NCBI RefSeq assembly: GCF_006345805.1
Contig: NC_042999.1
Span: 149,606,001 to 149,670,000 of the forward strand
DNA: 64,000 nucleotides
From: Octopus sinensis
Taxonomy: Eukaryota
Direction of reading: 5' to 3'
The translations under genes and the position numbers were made by a program. The notes beneath the pieces were generated by a model, which was given only the letters and a program-made list of their open reading frames with translations, was not told where the DNA came from and searched no databases. Below are positions 12,966-25,069 of this stretch, piece by piece (the first letter of the stretch is position 1; each line of letters begins with the position of its first letter).

Positions 12966-13815
12966 CGGTGAGTTAGTAGAATCGTTAGCTCGACGGACAA
13001 AATGCTTAGCGGCATTTCTTCCGGCTTTTTAAGTTCTGAGTTCAAATTCCGCCGAGGTCGACTTTGCTTTTCAGCATCTCAGGATCGATAAAACAAGTAT
13101 CCGTTGAACACTGGAGGGGGGGTGTAATTGACTTACCCCACTCCCTGTGTATGTGTATTTTAAGATAATGTCATTTGCGGAAAATTTGCTGCTATATTTA
13201 GTTGCTTGCACACACAATGTACAAACATTTTATTTTACCTCATGACGAAACACGGTCGCTGTATTTATTATGACTTGTAGATTTCATGTTTTCTTGTTAA
13301 TAATACCCCGCCCACTTACAGACGCTTCTGTAAATGTATACATATGCAACTTATATAGTCTCTGCTACGGTTACAGTAATAAAATACAAAATATAATTTA
13401 AAGTGGAGAAAAAAATTGTAATCATACAATGACTGACAGTTTACTGCGTTAGCGACATCAGATTAAAAAGTTTTGTGAAAATGAGAGAAATAAACTGACG
13501 TTGAAATTTTGAGGCGAGCTGGCAGAATCTAATTTTTCGAATGTTTGACGTTCCGAGTTCAAATTCCGCCAAAGACGACTTTGCCTCTTTCATCCTTTCG
13601 GAGTCAGTAAATTAAGTACCAGTTGCGTACTGGGGTCGATCTAATCGGCTGGTTCCCTCCCCAAAAATGTTAGACTTGTTGCCTAGGGTAGAAAAAAATC
13701 ATTAATTTTTCGTCAGTCTGTAAACGTTCTGAGTTCAAACTCCGCCGAGGTCGATTTTGCCTTTCATCCTTTCGGGGGTCATGTAATAATAGACTAGCCC
13801 CCGCCTATAGTAGAA
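12966..13815 (+). mobile_element. Several diverged SINE family A copies (about 12966-13145 and 13512-13815)
   Basis: GAGTTCAAATTCCGCC...GACTTTGC...CATCCTTTCGG cores. Confidence 0.8.
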
Positions 13816-14149
13816 ACGAATATTGCGCTACAAAAATTTATTCTTCGCCACTATTTCCTTCAGAGGCAATCACATGGGCGTGCAAATTAACGATAAAGGT
13901 TGGCGTCTACAGCATGGGACTCCAACTTGGTCCCCAGTTGTTGATAGGTGTGATACGACAATTAGCTAAGACTTTCTTAGCTTGCAGTGAGTATTCTATC
14001 CAAAATCTGATGTTTCGATGGATCCAGATGAGTTAAGACGTGTACAAATGTCTTTAGTTTAAAAATGCTTGTATGCAAAGGAAATCTGAATGTAGGCGAA
14101 CAATGGGAATCAAACAGAAGTTTAAAAACTTACCTTTTAAGTTCTCGAA

Positions 14150-14466
14150 CAGTGATTCTCAACCGGGGTCCATATAACATTTTGGGGTGTACACATAAGC
14201 AAAGCAGTAAACTGGAATCCGGAAAATTATTTTAAGGATCCATGAAAACATTTTGCTAAAGATGTATTTATTTATTTATTGCAAGATGCAGCTAAGTTTC
14301 TTTCTCAAACGTTTTACGTAGTTCAAACCTACATAGTGTGATAAACAAAATAGGAATTTTGGAAGAAGTCTCTTTAAAAAGTTTTTAAACATCAAATAGC
14401 TATGGGTTCCATCGGAATAGCAATCAAAGGGATCCATAGATTAAAAAAATGGTCGAGAAGATGCAG
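14150..14466. mobile_element. hAT (Charlie-type) MITE, decayed
   Basis: Left end CAGTGATTCTCAACC, right end GGTCGAGAAGATGCAG, repeated GG(G/A)TCCAT subterminal motifs. Confidence 0.65.
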
Positions 14467-14844
14467 GTGTCCCTTATCTTCGATCACTTCATCTGCTTAA
14501 AAACAAAACTTACAAAGGACGATACTTTTTTAAAAAGTTTCTTTCGTTCATGTTCAAATCTCATTGAAAGTCATTGATTTTATTGTTCCCTGGAAATATG
14601 GAAGCTATATAGAAATAAGTTCCAGTTAAGAGCAGCGATGTCCATTCTATTATTATAACTTTTCAGTTGCCTATTTGTAGTGTTGTGTAAGAAATTATTC
14701 TTCGGCAGCGAGAACAACATGAACGTCAATAATTCAGTTTCCCTCCGTGACTCTGGCATTGTGTCACGTCAAAATCCATAATCAGTAACAAAAAACCTGA
14801 GCACCACAACATTGAATTTTCTCTTCGAAATCTGTGCTTAAGAA

Positions 14845-15045
14845 GACTCAAGTCAAATGAGATCGTAGTCGTGGCCGATGCTGAGACACGTAGAAGGCGC
14901 CCACTACACTCTTGAGCTGGAAGGGCATCCAGCCATAAAAACCAAGCCAAACCAGACTGAAGCCTGGCAAAGCTCTCCGGCTTACCAGTTCAAGTCAAAC
15001 CGTTTAACCCATGCCAGCATAGAAAGCAGATGCTAAATGATGGTG
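14845..15045 (+). mobile_element. Retroposon 3' tail fragment (RTE-like); related piece at about 18330-18430
   Basis: GGAAGGGCATCCAGCC...AACCCATGCCAGCATAGAAA...AAATGATGG occurs at both places. Confidence 0.55.
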
Positions 15046-15929
15046 TGTGTGCATTCAGAAATAAACACACGCTTCCTTTTAACTGCTCCAAAGAAGCTTA
15101 AAGGATGTTGTACAATCACTTGGCTGTGAATGCTTCTTATAACAGAAGCAGCTAAAAGCAAGGTTGATTATACGACGACTCTTCCTTTGTCACCTAATTC
15201 ATTTTATGCTCCCTACTCGCTTAACCCTTTACTCTGAGTTCTAACTGCTGGTTGTTAGTACCGCTATGCCCAAGTGAAATCACACAAACACTAATTTACT
15301 ATAGTCGCCTCACTGGGTAAAAGTTTCACCAGCGAAATAACTAATACTCTTTCAACCATAAACAAAATATCTCGTTGATGAAACCAATCTGGAAGTCAGT
15401 TTCAAACAGAAAGGAACAACGACAATGAAGCTGAACCTGACGTAAGAGTAAGGGTTTGGTTAGTACACTGGTTTAGAGCCCGGAGAGCTTACAAGACCAG
15501 AAAGTTTTCTTCCAGCTTGCCAGATTTCTCCGGGAGGCCCTGTCTAGGGATATTTTCTGCTGTTTTATTCTTCATTTATTGCTCAGTGGCGTAAAGGTGA
15601 AACCTTAGATCTAAGGAAAAAGAACAGTTGATTATATCGATTATAGTGCCAGACAGGTCACTATTTTAGTGATCCCGAACGATGAAAGGCAAAATTGATT
15701 CCCAGCAAGACTTTAACTCCCTAGTGTAAAATGTAACACAGAAATTATTCTGCGCCTGTTAAAAAAAAAAAAAACTTTTGCAATTTCGTTGTGAAGCCGA
15801 ATTTCTTAAAGAATAATCATATCGAGTATTTCATGTTATGCGGACACAAGACATTTACCGGCGGTAATGAATACAAAATGTGTTTATGAAAAGGTGCCTT
15901 GGTACGGCATTTTCAGCATGTATCTTGTA

Positions 15930-15995
15930 CTATAGCATCGAACTGACCAATACCTTGTGAGCAAATTTGGTAGACGGAAACAGTGTGAAAGTTCG

Positions 15996-16040
<45 letters not shown>

Positions 16041-16865
16041 ACATCGTTTGACCACTGGTATTGATAATACCAGTGACAAATGATACCGATAGAATAAATA
16101 CCAGACTTTAAAATATGTGCAGGGGTCCATTTGTTCGACTAAACCCTTCAAGGGATGCTCCAGTATGACCGCAGTTCTATAACAAACAGTTTAAAGAAGA
16201 ATGGAAGAGAAAGCCGCGTGGAATATTATTTGGGAGTACGTGCTGTTGGTGTTATTACAAGGAAGTTTGACTGCTGTTTCTTGCAGTCCAAACCACCACG
16301 CAGAGATTCCGTCATTAATGTACTTTTTTGTTGGCAGTCAATAAAGGCTGACGCTGACTCAAGTCGATGACGACAAACATTGAAATGAATTGTTACAGGT
16401 GACAAACAGCCCACGCTAACCTACTTTTTTTAAAGTGAGTTACAATAAATAATATTCCCGTTAACTTCCATGACATCGCACTTAACACGCACTATGTTCA
16501 TACGAAGGCAGGTTAAGCCAGTTAGGCTCCGCTAAAACTATTATGCAAAAAAAGTGTTAACTTTTGTCCTACGAACAAATACTGCTTAACAAAATTATAA
16601 ATCATATCCAGTCGATATGCAAAAGTCGATCGGGAAAATGAATAACATAGGCGTGGCTGCGTGCTTACTTCCCAACCACATGGTTCCGGGTTCAGTCCCA
16701 CTGCGTGGTACCTTGGGTAAGTGTCTTCTACTATAGCCTCAGGCCAACCAAAGCCTTGTGAGTGGATTTGGTAGACGAAAACTGAAAGAAACCGTCGTAT
16801 TTTTATATACACACACACACACACACTTGTGTTTGTCCAACGACCACTGCTTGACAACCGGTCAG
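15930..16865 (+). mobile_element. Two partial SINE family B copies (about 15930-16185 and 16650-16865)
   Basis: GACCAAAGCCTTGTGAGTGGATTTGGTAGACG-type segments. Confidence 0.8.
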
Positions 16866-17496
16866 TGGCGGCTTGTATATAGGCACTGCGGAACTGCAAC
16901 ATCCCCTATTTCCACTCGATAACATTCAATACAATGAATCCTTTTTTCTTTAATTCTTTCTTTATACTTGTACATTATATAATCCTTAAGCTTAATGTCA
17001 GTAGCCATTCCCTAGTTTATGAAAGAAGTACAAAAATACTTGTATAGAACTGTGCGCTTCACAGTTCCGGAGACGCTGTGTTTAGCTGTTGTGCGCATGC
17101 TAACATGTCCGAGACAGGAAGCTACATGCTAGGGAGAGAGAGCACTGTTGTTCACGCAGTGCCGACCCTGGTGTGATTGTGAAAGGTAATGTTTCTTTTT
17201 CATTCCGCGTGTGTTGTGCTTGAAATCGAGTTTATATCCTTGAATGTGATAAAGTATAGAATTAGATTATTATCCTGCTTCCAGCTACAGTGTTGCTGCC
17301 AGGATTTGAAAAATAGGGAATATTACCCCCCACCCCCCATTTTGTGATTTAGGGGGGATTTTTGAAAAACAAAGGGTAAATTCACGGTGAAGTTCACCGA
17401 ATAAATTAAGCGCACTACCCGGCAGTGACTAAAATGCGAACTGATCAAGTATATGTATAAATTTTCTTTTTATGTTTGTTTCCTTTTACTCAATAT

Positions 17497-18067
17497 TCTT
17501 TTTCTACTCTAGGCACAAGGCCCGAAATTTTGGAGGAGGGGCCAGTCGATTAGATTGACCCCTGTACGCAACTGGTACTTAATTTATCGATCCTGGAAGG
17601 ATGAAAAGCAACGTCGACCTCTGCGGAATTTGAACTCAGAACGTAAAGACAAACGAAATACCTAATCTTTTTTACTCTAGGCACAAGGCCCGAAATCTTG
17701 GGGGAGGGGGCCAGTCAATTAGATCGACCTCAGTACACAACTGGTACTTAATTTATCGACCCCGAAAGGATGAAAGGCGGAATTTGAACTCAGACGAAAT
17801 ACTGCTAGGCATTTCGCCCGGCGTGCTAACGTTTCTTGTTTCTTTATTGCCCACAAGGGGATAAACATAGAGGGGACAAACAAGGACAGGCACACGGATG
17901 AAGTCGATTTCATCGACCCTAGTGCGTAACTGGTACTTAATTTATCGACCCCGAAAGGATGAAAGGCAAAGTTGACCTCGGCGGAATTTGAACTCAGAAC
18001 GTAACGGCATACGAAATAACGCTAAGCATTTCGCCCGGCGTGCTAATGTTTCTGCCAGTTCGCCGCC
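17497..18067 (-). mobile_element. SINE family A trimer
   Basis: Three head-to-tail family-A units on the minus strand; the middle one has internal deletions. Confidence 0.9.
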
Positions 18068-19602
18068 TTAGGTTTCTGAAGAATAGAATAAAGACGTGGG
18101 TATGTGGTTAAGACGTTTGCTTCCTAGCAACATTGTTTCGGGTCCAATTCCATTCCATGGCACTTTGAACAAATGTCCCGAGCCGACCAAAGCATTGTGA
18201 ACGGATTCGGTAGAGCGAAACTGAAAGAAGCCGTGTGTACCCTTGTGTCCCTAGTCTTGACATGGCATTTCCCATATTCTGTGAAAACATGTCTTATCAT
18301 GTGTAGATAAAACCCTGTTTGAAAAAAAGGTGAGTGTTGGTGACATGAAGCGCATCCTGCTGTACAAAACATGCCCCAGAACCCATGCAAGCATAGAAAA
18401 ATGGGCGTTAAAACGATGGTGGAGATGGTAGTAGATTAACAAAACTAAATCATTCATCTGAAAATTGTTCCATCCTGTCACAGTTTGGACACCGGTCCTA
18501 CTGTCTAAACTACAATATTTTCGCTTACACCATTATCCATGGATTATGGACATTGCTCTTGCAAAGGCGATATGGTAGTAAGTACTGAACCCTAGTCTAA
18601 AATAGACTTGTGGTTCAAAAACTTTTTACATGGATTTGTTTTGCCTGATACACAAGATATAAATCAATAAAGGATAGAAGCACTTTTTAAATAATAGTTT
18701 TTGTTTAAAAGGACATTAGCAGCGTAAATAAAATAGTGATAACCGGAAATTGCCGATTAGATTTCAGAACTTATTTCTTATTAACAACGCCCAGCTCTAA
18801 ATCAGAAAATATAGAAAAATTTGCTATATGGAAATTGAAAATGACGCTATCATTTACATTGTAATACTTGAACACGTCATAGAGTTGTATCCTGGGATCA
18901 TTAGGTGTTTCGGGTCTCATAACATATACCATAAGCCAGGCGACTTCACCGAGGTTGATCAAGCCTAGCCCCGTTTCCAAGCTGCATTCTGCTGATTCCA
19001 ACCACACAATCATCGCTTTTCACCCAAGGCCACTTAGCTAGGGGTTTTTTAACAGCCTCTGCGTTGTTCTCGATGGTTCTTCTGTTCACTAAAGCAAGGC
19101 ATAGTTTTACGTACAGAGAGAAATAATTATTAACCCTCTTTAAAATCTGTAAAACCCAACAACACCGTCATTAAGATTAAGGCTCTTAGAGTCGAGTTCT
19201 ATGTGCAGATCTCGCACTCTACATTAGACTTCATGCCATCGTCATCACAAATTCATTGAAAACATTGGTTTCTTTTTACAAGATGCGTTCAGCCGGAATA
19301 GAATGTCAAGGTACAAAATCGAATAGATACATGAACGACTGATTTAAAATACGAGTTCCTGGTGTTGTGCTTTGGGAGCTAATCGAAGTTTGACTTAGTG
19401 ATATTAAAAGAGTCAAATCATTGGAAGTTTCATTCAGATACTCGAAGTTACAGAAGAACTCGTTGACATGTAGGACATAATCCACATCCGCTTTGTCGAA
19501 GATTCTAATAACGGACAAATCAGAGCAAAGTTTTAAGATTCTTCTGTAAAAGAAAGGACTGTTGAATTTGAACGAGTCTGTGTTTGAATTTAAGGAATTC
19601 TT

Positions 19603-20013
19603 GGATCTTTTCGGTTTGAACGGCAGTTTTTTCTTGCGGGGTCATATGAAATTGTCACCCATAATTATGACCCTAGTATCGATCTATTGCATTTCAATCT
19701 GTTTTAGGGTTAGGGGTGGGGGGAAGGGTATCTTTTTTTCTTCACAAATGTAAATAAACCCAATCTGTTTCTTAAACGAGGGACATATTCATACGGCACA
19801 AAATGTTTTTCACCTCAATAGACGTCATTGATTGGTTGAAATTGCAGAAATTGAAGAAAAAAAAAACAAATATCTTACAAACTATAGAATTTTCTCAATA
19901 AAGCCAAGAGAAAAAGATGTTTTATAAACACATTCTACCAGTATACGAAGATTAAAAGTGTTTAGTTACGTGGAAATTATTTTTGAAAACTGCCGTTCAA
20001 ACCGAAAAGATCC
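19603..20013. mobile_element. MITE with GG...CC termini and ~28-bp TIRs (Merlin-like)
   Basis: GGATCTTTTCGGTTTGAACGGCAGTTTT ... AAAACTGCCGTTCAAACCGAAAAGATCC; flanks GAATTCTT/AAATTCTT (8-bp TSD, one mismatch); internal TTAGGGTTAGGG. Confidence 0.9.
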
Positions 20014-20311
20014 AAATTCTTTTATTATTAATAAAACGAAAGCGTTTGAAGTCTCTGGCGAAGTGTCTATGAAAGAGCTAACTCATGTAAACCCATTCCA
20101 AATGTTTCATGACCAAAAGTAGAATTGTTTTAAATAAAGTCAAGATGCAATAAATAAAATAAAATAAATAAAAAATGGAATGAATATTTGTTTTTATTGA
20201 AAGCCATTATTTAGAAAAACAATATTTCATACAAAATAAATATGAAAGAAATAAAATAAATAAATATGAAAGAAATAAAACAATAATCTCATAAATAAAA
20301 AGAAAACTTAC

Positions 20312-20445
20312 CGAGAACATCCTGTTAAGGGTTGAAATAAACTTCTAGAGTTTAAGTTCTAGCGAAGTAGCTGTGTGAATTAGGAAGGCAAGAATTTCAT
20401 TTGAAATGTTCTGTCTTTTCAATAATGAAGTTCGTTATTATTTGA
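20312..20445 (-). other. Putative spliced exon, 134 nt, no open frame
   Basis: Acceptor TATCTCCCCCTTCCAG and donor TCG|GTAAGT on the minus strand; all three frames contain a stop. Confidence 0.4.
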
Positions 20446-21374
20446 CTGGAAGGGGGAGATAAATACTAGATATCTTTGCAGGCGACAGGTGTGGTCGATA
20501 AAGTTGATGTTTAACTTCTGCAGACTGGGAGGGAGTAAGCAGAGACCCATCAGTAAGAAAACTGCGTATGTGGGTAGGAAGGATTTGTTGAAGTTTGGAA
20601 AGTAAGGTTTAGATGGGATGTCAAGTGACAGAGAAGTGATAAATGGGTGCGTTGGGTGGGCGTTCTTAAAGTTGGTATATAGCTTGGTACTTCAGAGAAA
20701 AGCCACAATGGCGTCGGTGATAGTGAGTGAGTGAGGAGAAGGGGAACAGAAGGAGGGTGAGGAGAGAGAGAGGAAGAAGAATAGGGAGGGAGAGAGAGAG
20801 ACAAAGAAAAGGTAGAAGGAAATAGGAAAAGTAGTAGAGAGAGAGAGAGGAGTAGAGTGAGAGAGAAGGCGGGTGGACAAAGAGTGAAAGAAGAATAAAG
20901 AAAGAAAAAAGCATAGGAACAGCGAGGAAGAGGAGCAGAAAGAGTGAGAGAAAAGGAGGGGTGGACAAAGAGCAGGTGAGTAGAGAGATGTTAGAAGAGA
21001 GGTTAACAAAAACGAGAAATTGGAATATAAAGGGGTGCTTAAAGGGAGAAAGATAAGAAATGGGGGAGAAAGGGTTAGGATTACAGAGGATGGGAGAGAG
21101 AAAATAGCACGTCAGCAGAATAGTGGTGATAGGGTATTGGTAAAGGAGAACAAACCAATCAGCTGGATGGTCTTCTAGGATGTGTATGTGTGTATGTGTA
21201 TGTGTATGTGCGTATGTGCGTGCGTGTGCATGTGCGTGCGTGTGCATGTGCGTGCGTGTGCATGTGCGTGTGTTTGCGCGCTAACCCATATATGTGGACA
21301 GTATCTTGATGTAGGTCAACCCTGAGTGCGGAAGATTGAGGAATGAAGGTTTGCATCATCGTCATCTGCATATG

Positions 21375-21745
21375 AGAGAGAGAAAGAGGAAAGAGAAAGA
21401 GAGAGAGAGAGAGAGAGAGAATAGAAAGAGGACAGGGAGAGAGAGGAGAGAAAGAGGACAGGGAGAGAGAGGAGAGAAAGAGGACAGGGAGAGAGAGAGA
21501 AGAGAACGAGGACAGGGAGAGAGAGAGAGAAGAGAACGAGGACAGGGAGAGAGAGAAGAGAAAGAGGGCACAGAGAGAGAGAGAAGAGAAAGAGGGCACA
21601 GAGAGAGAAGAGAGAAAGGAGAAACAGAAAAGAGAGGAGATAGAAGAGAAAAGGGCCAGAGATAAGAGAAAGAAAATGAGAGATATAGAAGAGAGAGAGA
21701 GAGAGAGAGAGTGAGAAAGAGAGAAGAGGGGGAGAAGCGAGAGAA
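21375..21745. repeat. Polypurine (GA)n tract with GAGGACAGGGAGAGAGA-type minisatellite
   Basis: Directly visible; explains the ER-rich and SL-rich pseudo-ORFs. Confidence 0.95.
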
Positions 21746-22220
21746 AAATGTGTACGTGTGGGGCTTGAGTGTGCGCGCGCGTCCCCACATGGTAAGAAGT
21801 GATGGCATAAGTTTGACTAAAGTACAAGAGGGGGAGGAGAAAAACAACTGAACCCTGGGGCCCCCGGGGTGGCTAGAACAATTATGAAAAGATGGCACAA
21901 TAAAAACTGTTGTCCAGCTGTATTATCGTTGTCCACCGCCGCTATATCACCTCAACAGTATGAAACAATGAAAAACAGTAAGAGTAACCCAGATATAGCT
22001 GCAAAAATATACACAATCTTTATGATTCTTCTTTCTTTTTTTTTTTTTTTTAATTAGAAATGAATCGATAGTTAATTATGTCTATTTTCCGACATTGCTA
22101 CTGTTGGAATAAAGTTCAATAAGTGATTGGAGAAAAATAATGAATAAATAGTACAAAGATCGATTTTGAACAACGACAGTATTTTCATCTTGAAATTTGT
22201 TCACTTGATGACGGTGTAAA

Positions 22221-22312
22221 ATCGGTAATTTCCGGTGACGTTGGTGGTTTGAGATCGGTAATCTCCGGTGATATTGGTGGTTTGAGGTCGATAATCTCCG
22301 TTGACGTCGGTA
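22221..22312. repeat. 33-bp tandem repeat, about 2.8 copies
   Basis: ATCGGTAAT(T/C)TCCGGTGA(CG/TA)TTGGTGGTTTGAG starting at 22221, 22254 and 22287. Confidence 0.9.
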
Positions 22313-23400
22313 TTATTCAACTACCTCTATACCTTTGTCACTGATAGTAATGATCACTCAGTGACTGGGGTATAGGGCAGTTGATAAAAACCCGTAACAA
22401 CGATAACAGCAGCCATATCTTCAAGTAAGCGTCGGTCAAGGAAAAGACGACCAAAGTCTAGCGATAAATTCGGGATCCAGTACAGAAACTTATATTCCGT
22501 TTTCAATCCAGTTGCCATCTTAAGAGTTACTAAATTGAAATACAGTTTAAAACAGAAAAAAATAAAACATTTCACTCCATTACATTGAGCAAACTATCAG
22601 AGAGAGGGGGAGAGAGAGAGAGAGAGAAAGAAGGGGGAGCACCGGATGATTGCGACTTAGGATGGTTCACACTAGTTGTTCTGTGAATGAGTTAGTGAGT
22701 TGCTTTAAAGACAAGCGGCGCCAGGTCAAATACGTCTGAGACACTCAAATCACAATCACTTCAATATTTTTATCGATAGTGGCCTAGATTCACAGTCGCC
22801 TCTCTTATTTTTGCACCAGGATATATGTAAGCTATTGACAATTGTGTTGCTAGGAGGTCACATTGTACAGAGCCTAACTTCCAGATTTTAAGACACGATA
22901 AATTGTCTAGTCTGTAATATTTCTTTGTCACAGATACACATTACAAAACCATTGTTTATTATACACACAACCAGGATACGATCTTTTCCCTCAATCATAG
23001 TACGTAATCTAAAGTCGCTGATATTTTCAGTGGAATTTGAACAACGAATTACCGGTTCGATTTCCAGCCGTTACCAAACGCTGTATTCCTAGATGTGTAT
23101 TATATCCAAGACTGGATTCTAATTAGAAATCTTTATTTCTAAACAAATCGCATTGGCTATTTTCTGTGGCTTATTCAGAGAAGGAAGAGCAACACCAATG
23201 ACGATATTGCGGAGCCTCCAAGATTAGTGAGGGGGAAATACGAAACTATAAATCATAAATTACCTTCTGATTAGAGGCCTAGGGGTTGAGAGGTGTTAAA
23301 ACGAAAATCAGACTTAGAAATTTAAAATTGGAAATTCGGCTTTCTTGTTCAGTTATATATTTATCGATGCTAGAATTGATATCAACTCGTCAATACTTAC

Positions 23401-23439
23401 AATTAAAATAATAAGATGACGAGAACAAATTTGGACAAG
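23401..23439 (-). other. Putative 39-nt exon (one reading LVQICSRHLIILI)
   Basis: Acceptor ATTCACCTTTCAG and donor ATT|GTAAGT on the minus strand. Confidence 0.35.
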
Positions 23440-23654
23440 CTGAAAGGTGAATAATTCGTACCCTGCCACCATAGTTGTTATATTGCACTCCACAATGCTT
23501 AAATTAATGATGCCATCTACGCAGCTGTAACTAGATAGCACTGGGGATGGTTAAACAGTGGGAGCACTAAGTAAAGAGTGTTTTGCTAGTTGGCACCGAT
23601 GAGCTCAAATTCTTGTGGGAACAAAATCTTCGAAAAGCTAGGATTATAACGAGA

Positions 23655-23775
23655 AAGGGGAAGGGAGGAGAAAGGAGAGGGAGAGGGGAAAGAGAGGGGG
23701 AGAGGGGAAAGAGAGGGGGAGAGGGGAAAGAGAGGGGGAGAGGGGAAAGAGAGGGGGAGAGGGGAAAGAGAGAGG
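23655..23775. repeat. Pure-purine G-rich minisatellite (GGGGGAGAGGGGAAAGAGA-like)
   Basis: Directly visible. Confidence 0.92.
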
Positions 23776-24788
23776 GTGAGATAAGAGTCAGATAAATCGC
23801 TTAACCGCCTGATACCCTGAAAAACTGGTAGGAAGTTTCCGAAGACAGTCACAGCTTCCATCCAGTAGCTACAGTGAATAGAAAAATGGGGGAAGAGTTG
23901 GATGGAGTGAACTTAGCAGTCTTTAATAGGCCTACTCGACAGTTTGTTTTTCATTTGCACCAAAATTTTGTTGCTGAATTCAAAAACGTTTGGGGAAAAA
24001 AATTAAAAAACAAGTAAATAAAATTGCACATTCAAACATTCCTTTATGGCTTTCAATAGTTGAAATTACGAAACCACTCCCAGAAGTTAAAGTTAGTAGG
24101 GTCATGTTCTGAAGTTAATGTCAAATGACTTAAGTAATGACAAGGGCAAAATGGTGAACGAGGGAATTTGAAAAGAAATAAATATTTTTAAATAAATAAA
24201 GCGGGAAAAGTAAGCAATTCACAGATTCAAATCCTATTTTGCATTTTGAGAATTAAGTTTCTTAAAATTCGAATCGTTTACGAAAATCTGGTAGTCCATG
24301 AGATGAAATTAACTGCCCCGTGAATACAAACGGTTAGAATAAATAGAGGCTCAGATTAAGGAATATAAGCAGTAGGTTAGGTGAGAACAGGAATCAGCTC
24401 ATATGTCTTTCTTTAGAACATTGACGATGGATTTATAGATAGAAGCATCCAGGAGGATGAGAAATGCGAAGTTGTGGCATTTATGCTGTCTTTCCAAATT
24501 AATTAGCGATATGAGTAATATGTAGCTAACTGAAAACATCTCGCCAGTTCTATTAGCAAAGAGTTTTCATCTTGCTATAAGAGGTACGCTATTTATTTCA
24601 GTAATAATATCTGATTTTAGCACAAGGCAATGAATTCTGAGGATAGCGGGTTAGTCGACACCATCAACCCCAATATTTGACTGGTTCTTTATTTCATCGA
24701 CCCCGAATTTGAACTAGGAATGCAAACCACCGGAACAAATATTTGCAAAGCATTTTTTTCCGACCCTCTAACGATTCTGCTACCTCAA

Positions 24789-24820
<32 letters not shown>

Positions 24821-24825
<5 letters not shown>

Positions 24826-24978
24826 CAGCCATGAAACGATCGTAGTCTTTTAATCATTATCTTTTATTAATCTTTTAATACTTTTGATATATATTTAAAA
24901 TAATTTTAATTAATTAATTTTATGTATTGGCTTAAGTTTTTCATTGTTTGATTTGCCTAATAGTGGTTTTATCTCTAA

Positions 24979-24985
<7 letters not shown>
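24821..24985 (+). mobile_element. Penelope-like terminal fragment embedded in (TA)n
   Basis: GAAACGATCGTA (3' half of a minimal hammerhead with palindromic stem III); flanked by (TA)n on both sides; shares AAGCCAATACA with 48172-48245 in inverted orientation. Confidence 0.4.

Positions 24986-25069
<84 letters not shown>

Noticed and set aside
20550-21898. Longest ORFs (193, 222 and 178 aa), S/L/F-rich or E/R-rich
   Set aside because: Low-complexity polypurine/polypyrimidine tracts lacking stops for compositional reasons.
22221-22312. CRISPR-like spacing of 33-35-bp repeats (also 35346 and 47205)
   Set aside because: Contiguous tandem repeats without spacers, no cas genes, eukaryotic context.
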